A stretch of 64,000 nt of DNA, from contig CACGVI010000001.1 of assembly GCA_902576605.1 (NCBI GenBank), forward strand, positions 29,429-93,428, written 5' to 3'. A program made the translations under genes and the position numbers. How positions within the stretch are numbered: the stretch's first letter is position 1; the number at the start of each line of letters is the position of its first letter. Source of the DNA: an uncultured Candidatus Actinomarina sp. (GTDB taxonomy: Bacteria; Actinomycetota; Acidimicrobiia; Actinomarinales; Actinomarinaceae). This document shows, piece by piece, positions 49,068-58,919 of this stretch. The notes below the pieces were generated by a model, which saw only the letters and a program-made list of their open reading frames with translations, had not been told where the DNA came from and ran no database searches.

Positions 49068-49901
49068 ATGCAAGAACTTTTATTTTCTATTACTTATCCG
49101 CCAATACCAATAACACAAGTTGGCCCAATTTCATTTTCTTTGCATGGAGTTTTTGCTGCTGTAGGTTTTTATTTTGGTGCAAATCATGCCTTAAAATTAT
49201 CAGAAGAGGATGGTGCTGACAGTGAATTATTTTCCGAAGCACTTACTTGGGCTATTTTTGGTGCGATCCTGGGTGCTAGATTTTTTACGATTCCAGCTCA
49301 ATGGTATGCTAACCCAAATTATGGATTTGATGATATCTTTACTCTTGCAGGAAGCTATTCAATTATGGGTGGGATGGCTGGTGGAATAATTGCTGCCTAC
49401 CTAAAAATTTCAATTCTCAACAAACAAGATTTCAAACAGTATGGAGATTATGCTGCCACAGGATTAATACTGGGTACAGTTATTGGAAGAATCGGTGATT
49501 TAGCAATTGTAGAGCATTTGGGAAGGGCAACAGATTTCTTCCTTGGTTATGAAATTAAACCAGGTTACGATGTTGCTCCTCAACACAATTCTCTTGAGTG
49601 CTTTGAGCCTTTAACAACATGTGGAACTTATCACCACGTCGCCATGTACGATTTACTTCTTGCATTGTTGATATTTTATATTTTTAGAAATCTTCAGTCT
49701 CGTTTTACTTTTGGTAGAGGTTCGTGGATTGGGCTTTGGGCTGTATGGTACGGATCACAAAGAGCTGTTCTTGATACGTTAAGATTTGGAATGGGTGATT
49801 CAACAATTGGGAGTTTTACTTGGAATCAAATTGGCGGATTGATGTTGGCAATAATTGGATTACTTATATTTTTAAGAAATAAAGATTTTAAAACAAACTA
49901 A
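49068..49901 (+). CDS. lgt: Prolipoprotein diacylglyceryl transferase
   Basis: Lgt-like N-terminus (GPISFSLHGVFAAVGFYFG), GARFF, and a GRIGD..EHLG signature-like block. Confidence 0.7.
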   Translation: MQELLFSITYPPIPITQVGPISFSLHGVFAAVGFYFGANHALKLSEEDGADSELFSEALTWAIFGAILGARFFTIPAQWYANPNYGFDDIFTLAGSYSIMGGMAGGIIAAYLKISILNKQDFKQYGDYAATGLILGTVIGRIGDLAIVEHLGRATDFFLGYEIKPGYDVAPQHNSLECFEPLTTCGTYHHVAMYDLLLALLIFYIFRNLQSRFTFGRGSWIGLWAVWYGSQRAVLDTLRFGMGDSTIGSFTWNQIGGLMLAIIGLLIFLRNKDFKTN

Positions 49902-50811
49902 CTAGAAACAGAATATAAGCAACAATAAACAAATATCCGAGTAAGGGATTTCTTTTTATTACATTTCTTGAAAGAAAAATCACAATAAAAGAAACAAAAT
50001 ACATAATAAAAAGCTGATAATCAATTACAGAGCTAATTTCACCGGGACTTATCATTATTGCTGTTGCTCCAACAAGTCCGATATTAAATAAGTTTGAACC
50101 AAAAATATTTCCAAAAACTATATCAGGTTTACGCATCTTTGCTGCTGAAATTGTTCCAGCAACCTCTGGCAGGCTAGTTCCAATAGCAATAATTGTTGAT
50201 CCAATAATTAGTGAAGACACGCCAAATAGTTCAGCAATTGCAACAGCATTGTCAACAACTAATTGGCTACCATAGAGAGTTGCAAGAAGTGACAACCCAC
50301 CTCTTACCCAAATGTAATTTTTTTCTTCCCCAAGAAGTTCTCCTTCATCGACACTTTCAGTGCTAATCATTTTATAGATGACATAGATAACAAGAATAAG
50401 TAAAACTGCTCCAAGTAAAAAAGGAAACTCATTGGTAATTACATAAGTAGAAACAAAAACTGTTGTGAGTATTCCCATCCATACTGGACTGATTTGATTT
50501 AATTTTATATTTTGTGAAAAATCTTTAGGTAATGCTAAATATAAAACAGCCACTACAAGTAGAGAATTAGCTATATTTGAACCTACTATATTGCCAATAC
50601 CAAGATCTAGGTCACCTTTTAACGCAGCCCCAGTGCTTGCAAAAAGTTCGGGAGCAGAAGTTCCAAACCCAATAAATGTTGCACCAATAATCGAACTCGG
50701 AAGTTTGAATTTTAAAGCTATTTGGACTGCAGAGCTGACCATTTCATCAGCTCCCTTTACTAGTAAAACTAATCCAATCGAAAACCCAACAAGAAGAATG
50801 ACTATGTCCAT
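49888..50811 (-). CDS. Ca2+/Na+ antiporter (CaCA family, YrbG-like)
   Basis: Two alpha-repeats (GTSAPELFAS and GTSLPEVAGT), 10 TM helices. Confidence 0.8.
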   Translation of the reverse strand: MDIVILLVGFSIGLVLLVKGADEMVSSAVQIALKFKLPSSIIGATFIGFGTSAPELFASTGAALKGDLDLGIGNIVGSNIANSLLVVAVLYLALPKDFSQNIKLNQISPVWMGILTTVFVSTYVITNEFPFLLGAVLLILVIYVIYKMISTESVDEGELLGEEKNYIWVRGGLSLLATLYGSQLVVDNAVAIAELFGVSSLIIGSTIIAIGTSLPEVAGTISAAKMRKPDIVFGNIFGSNLFNIGLVGATAIMISPGEISSVIDYQLFIMYFVSFIVIFLSRNVIKRNPLLGYLFIVAYILFLVSLF

Positions 50812-50823
50812 GATTTCAATTTT

Positions 50824-51639
50824 CTATTTAGAATCTCTCCATGAAATCCACTCTTTTACTTGTGTGAGATCGTATCCTGGCCCATTCACAGCAAGCGTAA
50901 TTTCAGTTGCACCAGCTTCTAGCAACTCATCTGCTAAATCTATTCTTTTTATATCAATTCCAATTGATCTTTTGATTTCATTTGGATCCCTACCTACTTT
51001 GTCACACCAGTCATTAAGTACATTATTTTTATGTGCGACTGTTTCAATCCCACTTCTTTCTTCAGTTTTTGTTGCAAATCCATGCCATATATCTGCATAC
51101 TGAGCTACTAATCTTAAAGTGACTTTTTCTCCACCACCACCGATAAGAATAGGGATTTTTCGTTTAGGTTGAGGATCGAGTTTCCCCATTCTGTTTACAA
51201 TTCTTTCGAGTGATTTTTCTAATTCTTTTAATCTCCATATTGCAGTACCAAATTCATAACCATACTCTTCATAGTCTTGTTCAAACCAGCCTGAACCTAT
51301 TCCAAAAATTAATCTACCATCTGATATATGGTCAACAGTTCTAGCCATATCAGCAAGCAGTTCTGGATTTCTATACGAGTTACATGTTACTAAAGGACCT
51401 ATCTCGACAGAGTTAGTTACCTCTGCCCAACTTGAAAGCATCGTCCAGCATTCAAAATGTTTACCTTCACGCCTTTCTCCTTCAGCCCACTGGGTTCCAT
51501 CTTCTTTGTATAAGGGGTAAAAATGATCCCAATTGTAAATTACATCTGCACCTATTTTTTCAGACTCGATTGCAGCAGCCCTTATCTGATCATACTCAGC
51601 ATGTTGTGGTTGTAAAAATACAGCTATTCTTGGTTTCAT
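50824..51639 (-). CDS. LLM-class (luciferase-like) flavin/F420-dependent oxidoreductase
   Basis: TIM-barrel LLM family resemblance (RIAVFLQP ... IGPLVTCNSYRNPELLADMARTVDHISDGRLIFGIGSGW). Confidence 0.55.
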   Translation of the reverse strand: MKPRIAVFLQPQHAEYDQIRAAAIESEKIGADVIYNWDHFYPLYKEDGTQWAEGERREGKHFECWTMLSSWAEVTNSVEIGPLVTCNSYRNPELLADMARTVDHISDGRLIFGIGSGWFEQDYEEYGYEFGTAIWRLKELEKSLERIVNRMGKLDPQPKRKIPILIGGGGEKVTLRLVAQYADIWHGFATKTEERSGIETVAHKNNVLNDWCDKVGRDPNEIKRSIGIDIKRIDLADELLEAGATEITLAVNGPGYDLTQVKEWISWRDSK

Positions 51640-51650
51640 ATTTATTCTCC

Positions 51651-54164
51651 TTACAGTTCAAATTTAGTATTAATAAACTCATCCTTTATTGTGTTTTTAA
51701 ATTTTATATTCGCATCTAATCGCTCAATATTTTGCCTTGTTACTTTTTCGGCTGATGGAAGTGGATTTTCATTAACAAAAGATTTAATTTCTTCACTCAG
51801 TAACTCATCATATATTGATGGCAGTGAATCAAGTATTCGGGATGCTGTCCATCCAGGCATTAATTCGAGCAAGGCACTCCAATTATTTTTTACTTCTATA
51901 AACCCGTTAGAAGCATTCTTACTATTTGAAAGTAAAGTAGCGATTACATAAGGGGCATCTGCCCCTCTGATTGTTTGATCCAAAATTGCTCCAATTACAT
52001 TTTTTGAAGTATCAGGGTCACTTAATGTACCGATGACCCCTCTATATCTTGCTTCTATTTGGGGTGATGATGAATTTTTAAACTTTTCAATATATATTTC
52101 TGAGGAACACTCTTGATTCATTCCAGCAATTGATAACACTAAATTAAAATAATTACCATCAGCGTATTCTTCATATTCATTTGAAATAAATTGATTTGCA
52201 AAAAATTCAATAAATTTTGTATCCTCAGTTATCTTTGCATAAGTTCCACACAGTAAGGACCTTAATTGGGATTCTTCTTGATCAAATTTATCTTGATAGT
52301 CTTTTCCTAGAGATTCTATTAACGGATAGCTAAAATCTTTAACATAATTTTTAAAACTATCATTTTCTCCAATTTTTGCAAAGGTAGAAAAGATGCTACT
52401 AATTAATGACCAAACATTTACATCTTTTTCCCCTGTATATAAGTTTAAAAGTTTGATAAAAAGTGATAGCTTCAACTCACCTATTCGCAATGCCATCCAA
52501 GAATCTTCTAAAATTCTATATTTTTCGTTTAAGTCAAGTTTTTCAAAATTTAATAATATTTCTTCAAATATATCTTCACTATATGATGAGTGAAAAAATG
52601 ACCAACCACCATTATTTATAAAAGGAATTTCACCATCATTTTCAATCGTGATTGAATCAGAATCCATAATTAACTTATTAACTTTTTCGTTATCCAAGTA
52701 TCTAATATTCAATGGCACGCTCCAAAGAGAGCTGTCGGTGCTTCCATCAATCAAATATTTCTTTTGAGATATTTTAAAACTGGAACCTTCTTTTTCGATA
52801 TTTACAATTGGATACCCTTCTTGTTGTATCCATGTAGGAAGAATTTCACTAAGGTTATAAGAACTTGCACTTGTAAGTTCGTTCCAAAGGTCAGAAGAGT
52901 GTGTATTTTTATACTCATATTTTTTAAGATATTTTCTCACGCCATCCTTAAAAGTTTCTTCACCTATAAATGTTTCAAACATCCTGAGTACGGTAGAACC
53001 TTTTTGATAGGTTAATACATCAAACATTTCTTCTGCTTCTTCTGGAGTTTTTACTTCAAACTCAACTGGCCTTGAAGACTTTAATGAGTCAACTCCAAAC
53101 CCTCTTGACCTGTCTAGGTTCATCTGATTCCACAATTTAAACTCGGGGTAAGTTGCTTCAGAAGCTATAACTTCCATTAAACTTGCAAATGCTTCATTTA
53201 GCCAAATACCATCCCACCAGTTCATGGTTACCAAGTCTCCGAACCACATATGAGCCAATTCGTGAGCAATTACTTCAACAGACCTTGATAATTCTGCTCT
53301 TGTTGCTTTTTCTATATCAATAAGCAGTAGTGTTTCTCGAAAAGTAACGGCCCCAACATTTTCCATTGCACCCATAGCAAAATCAGGTATTGCTATAAGA
53401 TCTAATTTTGATCCTGGATAATTTATCCCGTAGTAATCCTCAAAGAAATCCAGAATTTTTATTGCAGCTGTGCCAGCAAAATTAGTTTGGTTAGAAAAAC
53501 CTGGCCTATGCACTATTCCTACATCAGTTGTTTTTGAAGTTCCTATCTTAGAAACTTCTAATTTACCAACAACAAAAGCTACTAGGTATGTTGACATTCT
53601 CATAGAGTCAACAAACTTAGTTGTAGTTCTATTGTTTTCAGTTGATTCATTCAACACTTTTTCATTACTAATTCTTATCAAATCACTGTCTGTAGTTAAA
53701 GCTATGGAAAATATAGCTTTGAATTCTGGCTCATCCCAACAAGGAAATGCCATTCTCGCTGCTGTTGGTTCGAATTGAGTAGTCGCAATCCAAACATCTT
53801 TATTTTCTGAATCTTTAAAGCTACTCCTGTAAAACCCTCTTAATTCATCAACTATTGTGGCTTTGAAATCAAGATAAAGTTGCCAATCTCCTTGAGTAAC
53901 TTTATCTTCGAAAATAAGTGAAACTCTCTCTTCTTCAGGCAAATAATTAATTGAAGCCTCAATATGTTCACCTGAGTCATTTTCTATAAATGCATTTTCT
54001 ATATCAATTCCTAATGAGTGAAGCTGTAATTCTTTTGTTTCATCAACTATTTCCAAAAAAACAACTTCTTTGCCCGTGTAGCTGAATTCTTCTAAGTTAA
54101 TGTCTAGATTGATTTCGTATCTTTGAGGAATTGCTATTTTTGGTAGCCTAATGTTTTCATTCAT
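51651..54164 (-). CDS. pepN: Aminopeptidase N (M1 family)
   Basis: GAMEN exopeptidase motif and HELAHMWFGD ... WLNEAFA zinc-binding HEXXH-X18-E. Confidence 0.9.
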   Translation of the reverse strand: MNENIRLPKIAIPQRYEINLDINLEEFSYTGKEVVFLEIVDETKELQLHSLGIDIENAFIENDSGEHIEASINYLPEEERVSLIFEDKVTQGDWQLYLDFKATIVDELRGFYRSSFKDSENKDVWIATTQFEPTAARMAFPCWDEPEFKAIFSIALTTDSDLIRISNEKVLNESTENNRTTTKFVDSMRMSTYLVAFVVGKLEVSKIGTSKTTDVGIVHRPGFSNQTNFAGTAAIKILDFFEDYYGINYPGSKLDLIAIPDFAMGAMENVGAVTFRETLLLIDIEKATRAELSRSVEVIAHELAHMWFGDLVTMNWWDGIWLNEAFASLMEVIASEATYPEFKLWNQMNLDRSRGFGVDSLKSSRPVEFEVKTPEEAEEMFDVLTYQKGSTVLRMFETFIGEETFKDGVRKYLKKYEYKNTHSSDLWNELTSASSYNLSEILPTWIQQEGYPIVNIEKEGSSFKISQKKYLIDGSTDSSLWSVPLNIRYLDNEKVNKLIMDSDSITIENDGEIPFINNGGWSFFHSSYSEDIFEEILLNFEKLDLNEKYRILEDSWMALRIGELKLSLFIKLLNLYTGEKDVNVWSLISSIFSTFAKIGENDSFKNYVKDFSYPLIESLGKDYQDKFDQEESQLRSLLCGTYAKITEDTKFIEFFANQFISNEYEEYADGNYFNLVLSIAGMNQECSSEIYIEKFKNSSSPQIEARYRGVIGTLSDPDTSKNVIGAILDQTIRGADAPYVIATLLSNSKNASNGFIEVKNNWSALLELMPGWTASRILDSLPSIYDELLSEEIKSFVNENPLPSAEKVTRQNIERLDANIKFKNTIKDEFINTKFEL

Positions 54165-54189
54165 TTAAAAATATTAGTAAGAATTTAAA

Positions 54190-55542
54190 TCAATCCCATT
54201 CCAAGTGGATAAATTCGTCAGAATTTTTAAATTGCACTTGATGGGCACCGAAATAATCTCTTTGAGCTTGAATTAAAGCAGAGGGATTAAATGTACTTGA
54301 TGTTCCTACAAACCAGTTGTATGAAGAATTTATAACAGGAATTGAGATACTGCTATCAATACACGATTTAATTACTTCTTTTGCATCACTGAGATTATTC
54401 TGTAATAAATCTTGAATAGAAGATCTTGTAGTAATAGGATTCAGTAGCTTTGCATTACCCAATTCATTTAGAAGGTCAGATCTAATAATGCAACCAGCTG
54501 ACCAATTCTGCAAGACCTCTTTCAAATCTATATCTAATTGCTCTTTGTTACTCACATGCTGGATAAAAAGCAAACCTTGAATCATTGTTGCTAGTCTTGC
54601 AAAATATATTGCGTTGTTTAAAGATTCTGAAGAAATATCTATTAACTGTCCATCAATATTTTTTGACCATAAGTTTTCATAGTTACTCTCTACTCTTGCA
54701 TTGAATGCTTCAAAGACACTAGGTAATGGAAAACCATAGTTAAGTGATGTCTCAACTGTTAGTTTGCCTGTTCCTTTATGATTTGCATTAGATTGTATTT
54801 GATCAAGTAAATATCCTGAATCGTTTTTCTTTAATAAAATTTCTGAAGTTATTTCAATTAAGTATGAAGATCTGTTTTGTGGGGAAAATTCCTTGAAAAA
54901 CTCACTTATCTCAATATTGGTATAGTTTGCTCTTTTTAAAATATGGTAAGCCTCAGTAATAATTTGCATTTCAGCATACTCAATTCCGTTATGAAGCATT
55001 TTAATAAAATGGCCAGTTCCATAACCTTTATAAAACCCAATACTTAATGAGTTTTCATAACTCGCAGCTATTGAAGATAAAGAATCTTTTAATTCATTAT
55101 TAATTGATTTCTCTGAACCAATCATTAAGGCCGGGCCATTTCTTGCACCCTCTTCTCCTCCCGAAACACCCATTCCTAAAAAATCTATCTCTTTCTCAGC
55201 ACACAGAGCACCAAGTATGTTGCTGTCAAGATAGTATGCATTACCCCCGTCAATCAATATGTCATTTGGTTCGAGATAGTTAATTACTTTTTTTGCCATA
55301 TCGAATGTTGGTTTACCAGATGGAATTAGCATAAGAATTTTTCTCGGTTTTGGTAAAGATTCTATAAAATTCTCGAGGTCAGTAGAGCCAGAAATGTTCC
55401 CATGAGAGTCTTTCTCTATAAGAGAATTAATCTTATCTTCAGATTTATTAAATACGTGAACAGGAGTGCCCTTTTCAGAAAAATTAAGAGCAATATTGCT
55501 ACCCATTACCCCAACACCAATTAAACCAATAGATTTATTCAT
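54190..55542 (-). CDS. gnd: 6-phosphogluconate dehydrogenase (decarboxylating)-like
   Basis: N-terminal NAD(P) Rossmann IGLIGVGVMGSNIALN. LIDGGNAYY. C-terminal 6PGD domain. Confidence 0.75.
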   Translation of the reverse strand: MNKSIGLIGVGVMGSNIALNFSEKGTPVHVFNKSEDKINSLIEKDSHGNISGSTDLENFIESLPKPRKILMLIPSGKPTFDMAKKVINYLEPNDILIDGGNAYYLDSNILGALCAEKEIDFLGMGVSGGEEGARNGPALMIGSEKSINNELKDSLSSIAASYENSLSIGFYKGYGTGHFIKMLHNGIEYAEMQIITEAYHILKRANYTNIEISEFFKEFSPQNRSSYLIEITSEILLKKNDSGYLLDQIQSNANHKGTGKLTVETSLNYGFPLPSVFEAFNARVESNYENLWSKNIDGQLIDISSESLNNAIYFARLATMIQGLLFIQHVSNKEQLDIDLKEVLQNWSAGCIIRSDLLNELGNAKLLNPITTRSSIQDLLQNNLSDAKEVIKSCIDSSISIPVINSSYNWFVGTSSTFNPSALIQAQRDYFGAHQVQFKNSDEFIHLEWD

Positions 55543-56858
55543 GATAAAAGTTTAACAACATCTTTTTGAAGCAGATTTTCTAGGTAATAATTTCTAATTT
55601 CTATAATTACTTCTAATCCCTCTTCAATATTTTTAACACTTATGATAGAAGAGTACTTGTGCAGTTGATCCAAGTCCTTAGGCGATATTATAAGCGAAAC
55701 TTCATTTAGATCACCAAAGACATTTGTTGTAATCTCGGAAATTAATTTTTCAATGTTTGTCCCTTTTGTTGATGATACAAATATTGCATCTGGATATTTT
55801 TCTGTTAAATAATTTAAAGACGCCTTGTCAATTTTATCTATTTTATTGAAAACCAATATTTCAGGCACATCTGCTTCAATCTGGTCTAGTATTTCATGCA
55901 CAGTATTTATGTGCATTTCGGGTATTGCAGATGCTGCGTCAACAACATGAATTAATAAATTTGCTTCTTTAACAACTGTAAGTGTTGATTTAAAAGATTC
56001 AATCAATGTTGTTGGAAGATTTTGAATAAACCCAACTGTATCCGAGAGTATTATGTGCTCATTTATTCCATCAATTTTTAACTCTCTTTGTAAAGAATCA
56101 ACAGTTGCAAATAACTCATTAGCTACATATGTTTTCGAAGACGTAATTTTTTCTAGCATGGTAGATTTTCCTGCATTCGTATAACCAACAATTGAAACAA
56201 GGGGTGTATTATTTTTCTTTCTAAAGCTAGATTGCACTTCTCTTTGTTTACTAACTTTTTTAATTTCCCTTTTTAATTTATTAATTCTGTTGTCAATTAA
56301 TCTATTGTCTGTTTCAAGCTTTGTTTCACCAGGTCCTCTTGTTCCTATACCACCGCCCTGCTGATTCAAAGTTTTACCTAAGCCAGCTAAACGTGGTTTT
56401 AAGTAAATTGATAAAGCTAATTCAACTTGTAAGCTGGCTTCCTTTGACTGAGCATGAAGTGCAAATATATCAAGGATAAGACCAGTCCTGTCTACTACAT
56501 CACACTTGAATAAAGCTCTCAATTCTTTTTGTTGATTTGGAGTTAATTCGCAATCAAATAAAACCACATCAATATCATTTGCATCTGAGATATCTACCAA
56601 TTCTTTTATAGAACCTTTACCAATAAAAGTTTTAGGATCAATTTTTTCAACCCTTTTAGTCTGGATTATTGTTGGACTTGATCCAGCAGTTTTTACTAAA
56701 TTTACAAGCTCTTTAAGAGACTCTTCTTTGTCAGCCCTTATTTCATTTTTTAAGACTATTCCAATTAGTAATGCTTTTTGAGTAGTGACAAAGATATCTC
56801 TGTCAGATACTGTTAGAAGCCTTCTGTCTGATTGGTTTGGATTATTTCTTTGATTCAA
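55539..56858 (-). CDS. hflX: GTPase HflX
   Basis: HflX N-domain (DRTGLILDIFALHAQSKEASLQVELA) and a G-domain with G1 (GYTNAGKST), G3 DTVGF and G4 NKID. Confidence 0.85.
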   Translation of the reverse strand: MNQRNNPNQSDRRLLTVSDRDIFVTTQKALLIGIVLKNEIRADKEESLKELVNLVKTAGSSPTIIQTKRVEKIDPKTFIGKGSIKELVDISDANDIDVVLFDCELTPNQQKELRALFKCDVVDRTGLILDIFALHAQSKEASLQVELALSIYLKPRLAGLGKTLNQQGGGIGTRGPGETKLETDNRLIDNRINKLKREIKKVSKQREVQSSFRKKNNTPLVSIVGYTNAGKSTMLEKITSSKTYVANELFATVDSLQRELKIDGINEHIILSDTVGFIQNLPTTLIESFKSTLTVVKEANLLIHVVDAASAIPEMHINTVHEILDQIEADVPEILVFNKIDKIDKASLNYLTEKYPDAIFVSSTKGTNIEKLISEITTNVFGDLNEVSLIISPKDLDQLHKYSSIISVKNIEEGLEVIIEIRNYYLENLLQKDVVKLLS

Positions 56859-57188
56859 TTATTTCATTATAGGTAATTGGCCATTTTCAGAAGATTTTGA
56901 AAGTTCTTCTTCAGCAATAATTTGAGATTCTCTAACAGCTAAAACTACTTTTCCAGTTGGTGGCCAGATAAATTTCCATGCACCACTAGCTACAGCCCAG
57001 AACTGTTGTCCTGTATCAACATCAATAAGAGGAAGAGCTTCTGAAGTTTTTTCACTTCCAGCTGGTACAAGAAGCCCAGATTTAGTAATTGTCTCTTCTT
57101 TTAAGTGTCCAACTCTCCAACCTGGAGAAACCTTGAATCCAGCAGGTGCTTCTTGCACCTCATCTAATATGCTTTTTTCTTCTGCCAT
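56859..57188 (-). CDS. Hypothetical protein (109 aa)
   Basis: Abuts hflX. No motif recognised. Confidence 0.35.
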   Translation of the reverse strand: MAEEKSILDEVQEAPAGFKVSPGWRVGHLKEETITKSGLLVPAGSEKTSEALPLIDVDTGQQFWAVASGAWKFIWPPTGKVVLAVRESQIIAEEELSKSSENGQLPIMK

Positions 57189-57223
57189 TTTTCCATATTA
57201 AACATATATATCTTATAAAGTAG

Positions 57224-57315
57224 CGGAGGTGGACAGGAATCGAACCTGCCAAAGATTTTTATACCTTTCAACAGTTTTGAAGACTGTGGAGCCCACCAGG
57301 CGCTCATTCACCTCC
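57224..57315 (-). tRNA. selC: tRNA-Sec (selC), anticodon UCA
   Basis: The reverse complement, GGAGGTG-AA-TGAGCGCCTGGTGGGCTC-CACAGTCTTCAAAACTGT-TGAAAGGTATAAAAATCTTT-GGCAGGTTCGATTCCTGTC-CACCTCC-G, folds as a tRNA. Its anticodon loop CUUCAAA (anticodon UCA) is identical to that of E. coli tRNA-Sec. Other features are a 6-bp D-stem, a long variable arm (5 bp plus an 8-nt loop), a TTCGATT T-loop and 13 bp in the coaxial acceptor plus T stems. Discriminator is G. CCA is not encoded. 92 nt. Confidence 0.8.
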
Positions 57316-57366
57316 GTACTTAAGACTAGTTATATAAAAAAAATTATATTGAATAGAATTAAAGTA

Positions 57367-57969
57367 ATGAATAATTTTCAAATAGAATTTAAAAGACTTA
57401 AAGCCGACAGGGGCTTGAGTAATAAACAGATAGCTTCTTTTACTGGTGTAAAAGTAAAAGATGTTAAGCAATGGGAGGCTGGGACAAGCTTTCCTACAGA
57501 TATAAAAATTATTAATGCTCTTGAGGGATTGTTGGGTACCGAAATAACAAATACACTTGACGGCTTCTCGACAGAACAATTAAAGGAAGTAGGTTCATTA
57601 TTAACCGAAGAAAGCCTTTTTTCTATTAAAAATGATGATGTGCAAATTAAACAAACTAGAATTGATAAACTTCGAAACACCCTCAAAAGAAAAGAAACAA
57701 CACTTAATGATTTTGATTACGAATCTATTGAGGTTTCTGAGGTAAAAGAAGAAACTCCTGAAGAATATCTTATTAAACCAGTCCAAACTGCTAACCTTCT
57801 AGAATTTTCTGACGAAGAGCCATACATATATGATCAAAAACAGATTGGTTTTTATTTCACTCGTAATCTCAAAACAACAGCTTTGCTTCTGGTACTCATT
57901 ATTGTTATTTATAATTCATTCTCCATATTTTGGGATTCACTAATAACATTTTTAGATAATTTATTATGA
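57367..57969 (+). CDS. XRE-type helix-turn-helix protein with C-terminal transmembrane anchor
   Basis: Start at ATG 57367, because the longer listed ORF from 57229 would overlap the tRNA. HTH at LSNKQIASFTGVKVKDVKQWEAG. C-terminal TM helix TTALLLVLIIVIYNSFSIFW. Confidence 0.5.
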   Translation: MNNFQIEFKRLKADRGLSNKQIASFTGVKVKDVKQWEAGTSFPTDIKIINALEGLLGTEITNTLDGFSTEQLKEVGSLLTEESLFSIKNDDVQIKQTRIDKLRNTLKRKETTLNDFDYESIEVSEVKEETPEEYLIKPVQTANLLEFSDEEPYIYDQKQIGFYFTRNLKTTALLLVLIIVIYNSFSIFWDSLITFLDNLL

Positions 57970-58856
57970 AAGTTGAGTCTTATGCAAAAGCAGGCCTTTC
58001 ATTATCTATAGCATCAATTTTGGCTGGTGCATTTGTTAGAGCTACTGGGTCTGGAGATGGATGTGGAGCAACATGGCCTACATGTAAAGGAAAGATAATA
58101 CCCTCATTATCAGACACATCAGAATTAATTGAATTTTCCCATCGTTCTGTAAGTGGAGTTTTATTAGTTGTTACTTTGATTATTTTTGTAAAGACTAGAA
58201 AATTGCAAAAAGACTCTTTGGTAAGAACGGTAACTAACTATCTCACTTTTTTTGTAATTTTTGAGGCACTAATTGGTGCAGTAATTGTTATTTTTGAATG
58301 GGTAGGTCTTAATAGTTCTCTTCCAAGAATCATTGCAGTTCCAATTCATTTAGTAAATACATTTGGTCTACTTGGAAGCTATGCAATATTGTACAAAATA
58401 CTTCAAGACGATCTTGAGAACATAAAAAATATGTTCAACAAAAACTTTTTATTAATTTCTTCTTTGTTTCTTCTAAGTGGAGCAACTGGCTCAATCACTG
58501 CTTTGGCTGACGTCTTATTTCCAAGTGCTTCATTTGTAGAAGGATTTTTAGCAGATTTTGATAGAACATCTGAAGTGTTGACAAGATTAAGAATTTTACA
58601 CCCAATTATTTCATCCGCACTATCAATAGTTTTATACGTTTATGCAACTGGGATTAGAAAAAAATACAATGTAAAAGTTAAAACATTACAAACATTAATA
58701 CTTATTGCGGTATTTCTGGGAGTCATAAATGTTTTATCCAATATAGTTTTGCCTTTAAGCATCTTGCATCTAGCAATCGCCGATTTTTTGTGGATTTCCT
58801 ATATATATGTAAGCATTGATCTTTCAAAAAATAATTTATTTATCAATTCGCTTTAA
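57966..58856 (+). CDS. ctaA: Heme A synthase (CtaA/COX15, type 1)
   Basis: Conserved loop-1 Cys pair GSGDGCGATWPTC. 8 TM helices with conserved His. Confidence 0.7.
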   Translation: MKVESYAKAGLSLSIASILAGAFVRATGSGDGCGATWPTCKGKIIPSLSDTSELIEFSHRSVSGVLLVVTLIIFVKTRKLQKDSLVRTVTNYLTFFVIFEALIGAVIVIFEWVGLNSSLPRIIAVPIHLVNTFGLLGSYAILYKILQDDLENIKNMFNKNFLLISSLFLLSGATGSITALADVLFPSASFVEGFLADFDRTSEVLTRLRILHPIISSALSIVLYVYATGIRKKYNVKVKTLQTLILIAVFLGVINVLSNIVLPLSILHLAIADFLWISYIYVSIDLSKNNLFINSL

Positions 58857-58919
58857 ATTAATTGCCAGTATATTATTCACTTTTGTAACTGAATAGCAAG
58901 CGTAAAGGTCAAAATACTA

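Noticed and set aside
57229-57366. Upstream extension of the HTH-protein ORF (listed from 57229)
   Set aside because: It would overlap the tRNA-Sec gene on the opposite strand. An internal ATG at 57367 gives a normal XRE-HTH N-terminus.
57189-57400. selC as an integration site for a genomic island or prophage
   Set aside because: selC is a classic island insertion hotspot in enterobacteria. Here both flanks are housekeeping genes (hflX; HTH protein, ctaA, sigma factor). No integrase, transposase or direct repeat of the tRNA 3' end was seen.
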